13,462 bases of DNA, taken from positions 1 to 13,462 of the forward strand of contig JBDRFE010000056.1 of assembly GCA_043819075.1 (NCBI GenBank), given 5' to 3'. Origin of the DNA: an archaeon (GTDB taxonomy: Archaea; Iainarchaeota; Iainarchaeia; Iainarchaeales; 1-14-0-10-31-34). The notes under the pieces are model-generated. The model worked only from the letters and a program-made list of their open reading frames with translations. It was not told the origin of the DNA and ran no database searches. Each line of letters begins with the position of its first letter. Position 1 is the stretch's first letter. The translations under genes were made by a program, and so were the position numbers. Shown here in pieces: positions 1 to 6,842 of the stretch.

Positions 1-82
1 TATTAAACCGTATTTCTTTAAAAACTTTAAGTTTTAGTCAAAAAAATTATGTTGAAGACACGGATTTGTTTCTACTGAAGAG

Positions 83-90
83 TTTAAAAA
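83..90 (+). promoter_or_regulatory. Candidate archaeal TATA box for the 117..389 gene (likely leaderless transcript)
   Basis: TTTAAAAA at 83-90, ending 27 nt before ATG 117, preceded by purine-rich GAAGAG; no RBS visible. Confidence 0.4.
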
Positions 91-116
91 TATTGTTTTA
101 CTGTGTAATATAATAT

Positions 117-389
117 ATGAAAGAAAGTTTTGGAGTAAAAGAGAGTGTAATGCAAAAACTTTCTCCTTTGCAGAAAAAAATTGTCTCAGAATTATCCTTT
201 GGGCCAAAAACTCTGCCTGAATTAAGTGAAAAAACTAATTCAAGCGTTTACACTATTGGAAAACAGTTATCAATGCTGCAGGGCAGGACAAAATGCAATT
301 GCCTGCAAAAAAAAGGAATAAATGAACCAATAGTAAAAAAAATAAAAGAAGAAAAAATCAAGACAACTTATTTTCTTGCATTAAGATAA
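117..389 (+). CDS. Small winged helix-turn-helix protein, putative transcription regulator
   Basis: LSPLQKKIVSEL..GPKTLPELSEKTNSSVYTIGKQLSML fits the ArsR/TrmB-like wHTH pattern and is followed by a beta-wing-like end (KTTYFL). The start could be ATG 150. Confidence 0.6.
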   Translation: MKESFGVKESVMQKLSPLQKKIVSELSFGPKTLPELSEKTNSSVYTIGKQLSMLQGRTKCNCLQKKGINEPIVKKIKEEKIKTTYFLALR

Positions 390-419
390 AATTAAATAAT
401 CTGATTGAGTTATTCTGTT

Positions 420-998
420 ATGAAAATAACAAGAACAGGAATCAAAAGAGTTTATAGAGGCAGAAAAGGCATTACAAAAAAAGAAATTGAAACTGCCAGA
501 AAAAATACTTTATGGATTGCAAAAAACAAAGCAAGAGAAGAAGCTTTAAGCAGTTACAGAAAACAAATAAAGGAATTAGAGAAACACGCTGACACTCCTG
601 AAAAAGAATTTGAATTAAATGCAATAAAATTAATTGCTAAAATGGTTGAAGAAAAAAACGCAATATCACAGCCTCATTTCAGCAGGGCAATTGTTTCAAG
701 AGGAATTGAATTCTCGGTAAGCATTGCCACAAAATACGGCTTGGATGCAATAGGAGAATTTAATCCTGAAACAAGAAGACATATAAGAAAACAAATGGAA
801 AAAATAAGGAATGCATTTGAAAGAAGAGAAATTTTTTCAGGCGCATCAGGGGCAAAAGCAGCGAAAGAAATTGAAAAAACTCTTGGAAAAAGAAAAGCAA
901 GATTGTTTCTCAGAAAATACAATAAAACGGCAAGGAGACTACACGTAATGCTTGAAAAACTTGTAGAAAACACTCCTTTTAAAGAACTAATTAGCTGA
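420..998 (+). CDS. Hypothetical basic (Lys/Arg-rich), probably helical protein
   Basis: ORF of about 190 aa with the local A-rich codon usage; ATG 420 preferred over TTG 405; no family motif recognised. Confidence 0.65.
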   Translation: MKITRTGIKRVYRGRKGITKKEIETARKNTLWIAKNKAREEALSSYRKQIKELEKHADTPEKEFELNAIKLIAKMVEEKNAISQPHFSRAIVSRGIEFSVSIATKYGLDAIGEFNPETRRHIRKQMEKIRNAFERREIFSGASGAKAAKEIEKTLGKRKARLFLRKYNKTARRLHVMLEKLVENTPFKELIS

Positions 999-1182
999 TT
1001 ACTTTGTCAACCATTGATGACAGAAAAGCAATTAACTGCCTGTCTGATTCCTCTTCAATTAAAATAAGGATTAAATTGAATTTATACTTTTTTGAAAGAG
1101 AAATAAGAGAATAAGAGAACTCCCTTAAAGTTTCATTTGAATGATACATTGAAAGAAAAGAAACTGAATCAAACGCGAAAAA
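991..1182 (-). pseudogene. C-terminal fragment of a KaiC/RAD55-like RecA-fold protein, in frame directly after the thyX stop
   Basis: Manual translation: FFAFDSVSFLSMYHSNETLREFSYSLISLSKKYKFNLILILIEEESDRQLIAFLSSMVDKVIS* (63 aa). It has a Walker-B-like hhhhDS and the terminal 'D.VI' strand typical of archaeal KaiC-like domains. An internal ATG at 1149 gives 52 aa. Confidence 0.55.
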
Positions 1183-2862
1183 CTATTCCCCGTACTTTTC
1201 TTTTAATTCCTTTAATTTTTTGTCCTGCTGTTTCTCTGCTTCCAATCTCTCCAAAGCATATTGTTTCATGTCAATAAACTTTAACTGCTCTACAAGATTC
1301 GGATGGACTTTTTTTACTTCAGAAAAAATTTTTTGTGCAACCCTCCTGTAATCAGGGTGGCCCTGCATAGTAGACCTTAATTCAGTTAAATGAAAGACTT
1401 CCCTTAAATTTAATTTCATATACCAGCGGATTTTATAGCCAAAAGGAACCAAATACTGTGCCTGCCACGGCATTTTTGCTTCCATTAAATCAAACAACTC
1501 TTTTGCAGAATTCATTAAAGAAGTGTATTCTTGTGTTAAGCCAACTGCATCAAATTCAATCGGAGAAACAAAACCATGATGAGTTGAAAGCAATTGCCTT
1601 TCTTGTGTAAGGATTCTGTGCCTGTGCAAGTCCCTGAAAATACCATAGTTTCCCAAGACATCAAAAGTATAAAAAGTGTTTTCAAACGCCCTGCCGGGCT
1701 TATGCCTTCTGTTGCGCCTTAAATTAGAATAAGAGTTAATTAATTTTCTTTTCTGTTCAGGCGAAAGCAGTTCGGTTTTTTCTTTTATTTCTTTCAAAGA
1801 AAGATGAGAGTTAGAGTAAAGTATTGCGGAAACAATTTTGTTTTCAGCGTTTTCATCAAAATCAATTAAAACAACTTCTTCTTCAGTTAAAGGAGTTTCT
1901 TTTTCAAGGGTTTCTTCAGACAAAACCACTTTTTCTTTCAAAGGCTTTTTTTCTGAAAGAATTTCTTCAGACAATTCTTTTACCTGTTTTCTTGTATTAG
2001 AAAAAAAGTCAATTGTTGGCTGGCCGTATTCGCCGAAAGCTCGTTTAACAAAACTCGGAATATAAGTTGATAGTTCGGAATGCATTTCTTTTGCAATAAA
2101 TTTTGTTTCCTGCAAAGGATAACTGCTTAACCTTGAAATCAGGTATTCAAATGCTCTTCCGTTGCCGTACAAGCCAGTGTTAGTTAAAGTTGAAGCAGGC
2201 AAAAAAACACGCAAGACATCACAGGCTTTTGCTTTAACTGTTGCATTGTATGCTCTTTCAGAAACCCCTTCAGTTAAAGGATTTTTTTCTTCAATAAAAG
2301 CCTTCATTTCAGGAATGAATTCAGAGTAAGCAGAAAACAATGAATCACATAATTCAATGTAAGAATCAGCGAAACTGCTTTCCATTATTTCGGGTTCCCT
2401 GTAATACTGAAAGTTATTGTTTTCATCTTTTTCATCAAAAAAAACATACCGGGTTGATTTTTCTAAAGGAGAAATTCCTATTCTTGCGTCCTGGATTAAT
2501 TTTACTGCAATATTGCTTGTTTTTTCAACCGCAATATGCGCTCCGCCTAATTCTGCGACACTGTCGTCGCCGTATCCAAGCAATACTCGGTCATAAAATT
2601 CTTCTGCTTTTTTTATTGCAACAGATTGTTCAACGCCTTTTTCTTTCTGAAAAACAACAATTTCGTTAAAGCCTGTTTTTTCGTCTAAAATAAATTCATC
2701 TAAAAGCAGCTGCCTTAAGGTTTTTGAAGAACGGGAGTAACGCGAAAACAATGCACCCATTACCACTTCAGGCAGATTCCTTAAAACAAAAACATTTTTT
2801 TCCGTACTAGAAACAAATGGTTCAATAATTTTTTTCTGTTCTTCGGATAAATCTTCGTGCAT
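1183..2862 (-). CDS. thyX: FAD-dependent thymidylate synthase, double-domain (long) form
   Basis: GYGDDSVAELG, SPLEKSTRY, DVLRVFLP in the first domain; RDLHRHR, NLREVFHLTELR, GHPDYR in the second; 559 aa, the size of tandem-domain ThyX. Confidence 0.93.
   Translation of the reverse strand: MHEDLSEEQKKIIEPFVSSTEKNVFVLRNLPEVVMGALFSRYSRSSKTLRQLLLDEFILDEKTGFNEIVVFQKEKGVEQSVAIKKAEEFYDRVLLGYGDDSVAELGGAHIAVEKTSNIAVKLIQDARIGISPLEKSTRYVFFDEKDENNNFQYYREPEIMESSFADSYIELCDSLFSAYSEFIPEMKAFIEEKNPLTEGVSERAYNATVKAKACDVLRVFLPASTLTNTGLYGNGRAFEYLISRLSSYPLQETKFIAKEMHSELSTYIPSFVKRAFGEYGQPTIDFFSNTRKQVKELSEEILSEKKPLKEKVVLSEETLEKETPLTEEEVVLIDFDENAENKIVSAILYSNSHLSLKEIKEKTELLSPEQKRKLINSYSNLRRNRRHKPGRAFENTFYTFDVLGNYGIFRDLHRHRILTQERQLLSTHHGFVSPIEFDAVGLTQEYTSLMNSAKELFDLMEAKMPWQAQYLVPFGYKIRWYMKLNLREVFHLTELRSTMQGHPDYRRVAQKIFSEVKKVHPNLVEQLKFIDMKQYALERLEAEKQQDKKLKELKEKYGE
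1868..1974 (-). repeat. Diverged tandem duplication (17-18 codons) in the ThyX inter-domain linker
   Basis: LSEEILSEKKPLKEKVV / LSEETLEKETPLTEEEVV; TTTCTTCAGACAA occurs at 1911-1923 and 1962-1974 (51-nt period). Confidence 0.7.
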
Positions 2863-2902
2863 AACAGATTTCAGCGAAAAAATCTTTTAAAGGAAACGCA
2901 CA

Positions 2903-2916
2903 TTAGGCTGTCCAAA
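2903..2916. promoter_or_regulatory. Candidate DtxR/MntR-family operator between divergent thyX and the regulator gene
   Basis: TTAGGCTGTCCAAA is one mismatch from the TTAGG-N4-CCTAA palindrome. It lies between TATA-like boxes at 2885-2891 (minus) and 2926-2933 (plus). Confidence 0.6.
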
Positions 2917-2951
2917 CACTATGTATTTATATTTTTCTGGAAGAAAATAGT

Positions 2952-3392
2952 ATGATGAAGCCGGAAACAGAGGAATTAAAGGATTTAGTGCACGAAAAAA
3001 GCTCTGAAAACGAAGAAATGTACTTAAAAGTAATTTATATCTTGGAAGAAGAAAAAATAAAGCCGGTTCGTTCAACTGACTTAGCACAAACACTCAAAAT
3101 TTCTCTGCCTTCTGTAGTGGAAATGCTTGCCAAACTAGAGAAAAAAAACCTGATTAAATACGATGGAAGAAAAGGAGTTTTTTTTAAGCCAAAAGGAAGA
3201 AAAACAGCTAAAAGAATTATAAGGAATTTAAGGCTCACAGAACTCATGTTAAGGGACATACTGAAAGTAAAGGGAGCAAAAAACGCCTGCAAATTTGAGC
3301 ATGCTTTAAGCGATGAAGTAGCAGATGCAATCAACAAAGTATTAAAGAATCCAACTAAATGCCCTCATGGAAAAATTATTCCAAAAATCTGA
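2952..3392 (+). CDS. DtxR/MntR-family metal-dependent transcriptional regulator (no FeoA/SH3 domain)
   Basis: EEMYLKVIY, SLPSVVEMLAKLEKK HTH, ACKFEHALS metal site, NPTKCPHGKIIP tail. Confidence 0.92.
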   Translation: MMKPETEELKDLVHEKSSENEEMYLKVIYILEEEKIKPVRSTDLAQTLKISLPSVVEMLAKLEKKNLIKYDGRKGVFFKPKGRKTAKRIIRNLRLTELMLRDILKVKGAKNACKFEHALSDEVADAINKVLKNPTKCPHGKIIPKI

Positions 3393-3420
3393 TTAATCCG
3401 TGAATTGACGTAAAGTTAGA

Positions 3421-3487
3421 TTTAAATACATAAATACCCCATAAATACTTGTGTTTTAGTAAAGGGGGTGGTTTTAGTAAACCCCCT
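3421..3487 (+). promoter_or_regulatory. TATA-like repeats and a structured leader upstream of the NYN gene
   Basis: TAAATAC three times (3423-3448), GTTTTAGTAAA direct repeat at 3453-3463 and 3471-3481, stem AGGGGGT(3463-3469)/ACCCCCT(3481-3487). Confidence 0.5.
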
Positions 3488-3501
3488 ATTTTGTGATTCT
3501 A

Positions 3502-4137
3502 ATGAAATTGATGATTTTTACTGATTATGATAACTTCTGTAAAAGCATTCAGGAAACCAATCCAGACAGAAGAGAAAAAATAAGAAATTTTGCTAAATTT
3601 ATTACTAAATATTTAAATGACAAAAAAATTCTAAAAGCAAACTACGAGGATGTTGTCAGAACATATATTTATACTGGAGAATTCACTGACAACCTAATAA
3701 ACAGATTAACAAGAATGAAAGAAGAAAAGCCAAACGACAAGGAATTAGAAAAATTAATTAATTACGCAGAAAAACAAAAAGACTGGCAAAGAAAATTTTT
3801 TGATATTTCAATTGGCTTTGATTCATTTGAAGTAAGAACAAAACCACTCCAATTCCAAAATCACAAAATATTCCAGAAAGGCGTTGATGTGCAACTTGCC
3901 GTAGATATGGTGGCTCATGCATACACAAACAGTTATGATATTGCAATACTGTGTTCAGGGGATGTTGATTTATTGGAGTCAATAAAACTTACAAAAAACC
4001 TTGGGAAAAAAGTTATTGTTTGTTCTTCGTGGAAAACCAGCGCAAAAGCAATAAGAAAAGAAGCTGATATTTTTATAGACATAGGAAAACTAACTCAAGA
4101 AGAATTAAACGAGTTTACCATAAAATCAAAAAAATAA
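3502..4137 (+). CDS. NYN domain (LabA/DUF88, PIN-like fold) putative ribonuclease
   Basis: IFTDYDNF (DxxN), QKGVDVQLAVDM, SGDVDL, LGKKVIV and ADIFID motifs. The start is ATG 3502 or GTG 3493. Confidence 0.9.
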   Translation: MKLMIFTDYDNFCKSIQETNPDRREKIRNFAKFITKYLNDKKILKANYEDVVRTYIYTGEFTDNLINRLTRMKEEKPNDKELEKLINYAEKQKDWQRKFFDISIGFDSFEVRTKPLQFQNHKIFQKGVDVQLAVDMVAHAYTNSYDIAILCSGDVDLLESIKLTKNLGKKVIVCSSWKTSAKAIRKEADIFIDIGKLTQEELNEFTIKSKK

Positions 4138-4162
4138 TCTTTGCTAATTATTAAGTGATATT

Positions 4163-4282
4163 ATGCTGACACAAGAAGCAAAAAAAGAATTAGAAAAACA
4201 GCAGTACAAACTTTTTTCGCAAAAAAGTTTGATCAAAAAAACCTTTTTAAAAAAAAGCTTTGCCAAAAACAAAAGTGATTGA
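4163..4282 (+). CDS. 39-aa upstream ORF starting with a copy of the Taw1 N-terminus; its TGA abuts the taw1 ATG
   Basis: MLTQEAKKELEKQQYKLFSQKSLIKKTFLKKSFAKNKSD*; it has the same AAGTGAT RBS-like motif as taw1. Translation is not shown. Confidence 0.3.
   Translation: MLTQEAKKELEKQQYKLFSQKSLIKKTFLKKSFAKNKSD
4207..4269. repeat. Tandem pair of AT-rich palindromic units (REP-like, 31-nt period)
   Basis: CAAACTTTTTT-CGC-AAAAAAGTTTG (perfect 11-bp stem, 4207-4231) and AAACCTTTTT-AAA-AAAAAGCTTT (9/10 bp, 4239-4261), each followed within a few nt by CAAAAA. Confidence 0.75.
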
Positions 4283-5307
4283 ATGCTCACAAAAGAAGCT
4301 AAAGCAGAATTAGAAAAACAGCAGTACAGGATTATCGGAAGCCATTCAGCTGTAAAAATCTGCGGCTGGACAAAAAACTCCCTTAGAGGAAAAGGGGTTT
4401 GCTATAAACAAAAATTTTATGGAATAAAAAGCCATCAGTGCATGCAGATGACTACAAGCTTAAGCTGTGCAAACCGATGCGTTTTCTGCTGGAGAGGATA
4501 CAAGGCGCCGGTATCAAAAAAATGGAAATGGAAAATAGATGAACCAGAATTCATTTTAGACGGCTCAATAAAAGAACAAAAAAAACTGCTTTCAGGATTC
4601 AAGGGATTTAAGGACGTGAAAATGAATTTATGGAATGAAAGCAATGAAGTAAAGCATTCAGCGCTTTCATTAAACGGAGAGCCGATAATCTATCCAAAAA
4701 TAAATGAATTAATTGAATTATTCAACAAAAAAAAAAATAAGCACTTTTCTTGTAACCAATGCACAATACCCGAAACAAATAAAAGATTTGGCGCCGGTAA
4801 CGCAATTATATATCAGCTTGGATGCGCCAAACAAAAAACTGCTAAAACAAGTTGATTTGCCTTTGTTTTCAGATTACTGGGAAAGGCTGAATAAAAGCTT
4901 AAAAGAAATGAAGAAAAAAAAAACAGAGGACTGCAATCAGGCTGACTTTAATTAAAGGATTAAACGACGTTGAACCGGAAAATTATGCTGAACTCATAAA
5001 AAAAGCTGAACCGGATTTTATTGAAGTAAAGGCTTACATGTTTGTAGGCGAAAGCAGGAAAAGATTAAAACAGGAAAACATGCCTTCACACAAAGAAGTA
5101 AAAGAGTTTACAAAAAAATTGAAAAAATTTCTTCCAAAATATGAAATTGTTTCAGAACACAAGCCTTCAAGGGTTGTGATGATGGCAAAAAAATCTTTTA
5201 AGAAAAAAGGCAAATGGTTTACGTGGATTGATTTTGTTAAATGGAACAAACTGGTTCAGGGGAAAAAAAAGTTTGCATCAAAAGATTATCTTTCTCCCAC
5301 TAAATAA
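4283..5307 (+). pseudogene. taw1: tRNA 4-demethylwyosine synthase Taw1/TYW1 (radical SAM), interrupted by two +1 A insertions; may be intact in vivo
   Basis: HSAVKICGW, CYKQKFYGI, HQCMQMT, CANRCVFCWR and LSLNGEP in frame 1; ISTFLVTNA and QLYISLDAP after the A11 run (4727-4737); RTAIRLTLIKG, PDFIEVKAYMFVGESR and SRVV after the A10 run (4914-4923). Removing one A from each run gives a continuous 340-aa protein. Confidence 0.92.
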
Positions 5308-6575
5308 AACCTTTTGGAACCAGTTATTTTTACTTTAACTTTTTCCCCTAAAGGAATTTTTTCGTTTAAAACTACTTGCTTGTATGACTGGTTTCTTCCA
5401 ATACATTGATTCTGTTTTTTTCCTTTTTTGTCAACCAAAACAACACATTTTTTTCCAATCCATTTTTTGTTGTTTTGCTCTGAAATCTTGTAAAACAATG
5501 AAGTCAGTTTTCTTGAACGCGATTTAATTACAGCGCCTTTCAGCTGAGGCATTTTAGAGGCAAGAGTATCAGGCCTGCTCTGAAAACGAGAAATATTCAG
5601 CACATCAGGCTTTGTATCAGAAACTAGTTTCATTGAATCATTGAACTGTTTTTCTGTTTCCCCCGGAAAGCCTACAATAATATCAGTTGAAATAGAAATT
5701 TCCGGAAACTCTTTCCTGAAAACAGAAACAATTTTCTTGAAGTCCTCAACAGAATAACGCCTGTTCATTTTTTTGAGGATTTCGTTGTTTCCTGATTGAA
5801 CCGGAATGTGAAGGAACTTAAAGATTTTCTTGTTCTTCAACACAGAAATTAATTCTTTTAAGGATTCAAGAATATAAGTCGGGTTAGCCATTCCGATTCT
5901 GACAAAAAAATCTCCTTTGATTTCGGTTACTTTTTTCAGCAGTCCAGGCAACTGAGTTTTATCTTTTTCTGTTCCAAATGCCCCATTATCCTGGGAAGTA
6001 ATCCAGATTTCTTTGCAGCCGCCTTCAACTGATTTTTTTATTTCTTCAAGGATTTTTTCTTCAGGAAAAGAAAAAAGGCTTCCTTTGATTAATTTAGTTG
6101 AACAATAAGCGCAAAAGTCATTGCAGCCTGAAAGAATCGGCACAATAGAAATAACCGGGTTAATTCTTTTTTTCGGAAAACCAAGCTTTACTTTTCTTTC
6201 AAAAGAAGAAAATTCCAGTGCATGGTTTTCAAAAGAAGAATCAACTGCTTCCACTATTTTTTCAATGTTATGTGTGTTCACAATGCTGATTTTATCAGAG
6301 ATTGCATGGATTTTCGGGATAAGCGTTTTTGGGACACAGCCTGCTACAACAATCTTTTTTTCAGGAAAATCCTTTAAAAGCTTTTTAACTGAGTTAAGGC
6401 AGTTGTTGACTGAAGGGCCCTTAACAGAACACATATTGAATACAACTGCGTCAGCAGAAGAAAAATCACTGGATTCTTTTGTTTTATGCCCTGTTTTTTC
6501 CAATAAGCCTGCCATTGCCTCTGATTCAGAAAAGTTATTGCTGCAGCCATATGTTTTGAAGACAACCTTTTGCAT
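5286..6575 (-). CDS. mtaB: tRNA (t6A37) methylthiotransferase, archaeal/eukaryotic e-MtaB (CDKAL1-like) type
   Basis: UPF0004 N-terminus (TYGCSNN, NMCSVKGP, VAGC), radical SAM GCNDFCAYC, EIWITSQD, RIGMANP, HIPVQSG, TDIIVGFPGET, C-terminal TRAM domain. Confidence 0.88.
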   Translation of the reverse strand: MQKVVFKTYGCSNNFSESEAMAGLLEKTGHKTKESSDFSSADAVVFNMCSVKGPSVNNCLNSVKKLLKDFPEKKIVVAGCVPKTLIPKIHAISDKISIVNTHNIEKIVEAVDSSFENHALEFSSFERKVKLGFPKKRINPVISIVPILSGCNDFCAYCSTKLIKGSLFSFPEEKILEEIKKSVEGGCKEIWITSQDNGAFGTEKDKTQLPGLLKKVTEIKGDFFVRIGMANPTYILESLKELISVLKNKKIFKFLHIPVQSGNNEILKKMNRRYSVEDFKKIVSVFRKEFPEISISTDIIVGFPGETEKQFNDSMKLVSDTKPDVLNISRFQSRPDTLASKMPQLKGAVIKSRSRKLTSLFYKISEQNNKKWIGKKCVVLVDKKGKKQNQCIGRNQSYKQVVLNEKIPLGEKVKVKITGSKRFYLVGER

Positions 6576-6617
6576 TAAAAAACATTCCCAAAAACAATTT
6601 TTATAGAGGTGCTATAA

Positions 6618-6842
6618 ATGAAAATAACTAAAGAAACAAATATTGGGGAAATGGTGAGAAGCCATCCTGAAACTGCTTCAGTTTTATTTGAAAAAGGAGT
6701 TCACTGCATTGGATGCCATGCAGCACAATTTGAAAATTTAGGGCAGGGGTTGCAGGCACACGGATTATCTGAAGAACAAATAGAAAAAGTGTTAAAAGAA
6801 TTAAATAAAAAAATTGAAGAAAAAGAAAAAGAGGGAAAATAA
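6618..6842 (+). CDS. DUF1858 domain protein (small CxxC redox/Fe-S-associated domain)
   Basis: MKITKETNIGEMVRSHPET..VL...GVHCIGC..A..ENL.QG..AHG pattern; GAGGTG RBS. Confidence 0.88.
   Translation: MKITKETNIGEMVRSHPETASVLFEKGVHCIGCHAAQFENLGQGLQAHGLSEEQIEKVLKELNKKIEEKEKEGK

Larger units (their letters stand above)
4153..4328 (+). repeat. Diverged direct repeat of the taw1 RBS and first 15 codons (4153-4208 vs 4273-4328)
   Basis: 48/56 nt identical, last 23 nt identical (AGAATTAGAAAAACAGCAGTACA), 120-nt period. Confidence 0.9.

Noticed and set aside
21..35. AAAACTT-T-AAGTTTT 7-1-7 palindrome upstream of the wHTH gene
   Set aside because: Almost all A/T, so expected by chance at this composition; the context is cut by the window edge.
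65..85. TTTCTACT resembling the Cas12a repeat core
   Set aside because: Single copy, no complementary GTAGA arm, no spacers and no cas genes.
1098..1119. Short AATAAGAG tandem repeat
   Set aside because: Only two adjacent copies, explained by Ser/Leu/Tyr codons of the minus-strand fragment.
1183..1185. Genome-wide TAG reassignment
   Set aside because: ThyX and RibD both end at TAG at their expected C-termini, and no conserved gene here contains an internal TAG.
4153..4328. Diverged repeat pair plus hairpin as a DGR template/variable repeat
   Set aside because: Mismatches are not restricted to adenines in either copy, the repeat covers a gene start, and no reverse transcriptase is present.
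4283..5307. ORFs 4283-4855, 4713-4955 and 5038-5307 as three separate genes
   Set aside because: They are consecutive pieces of one Taw1 reading frame, joined at two poly(A) runs.
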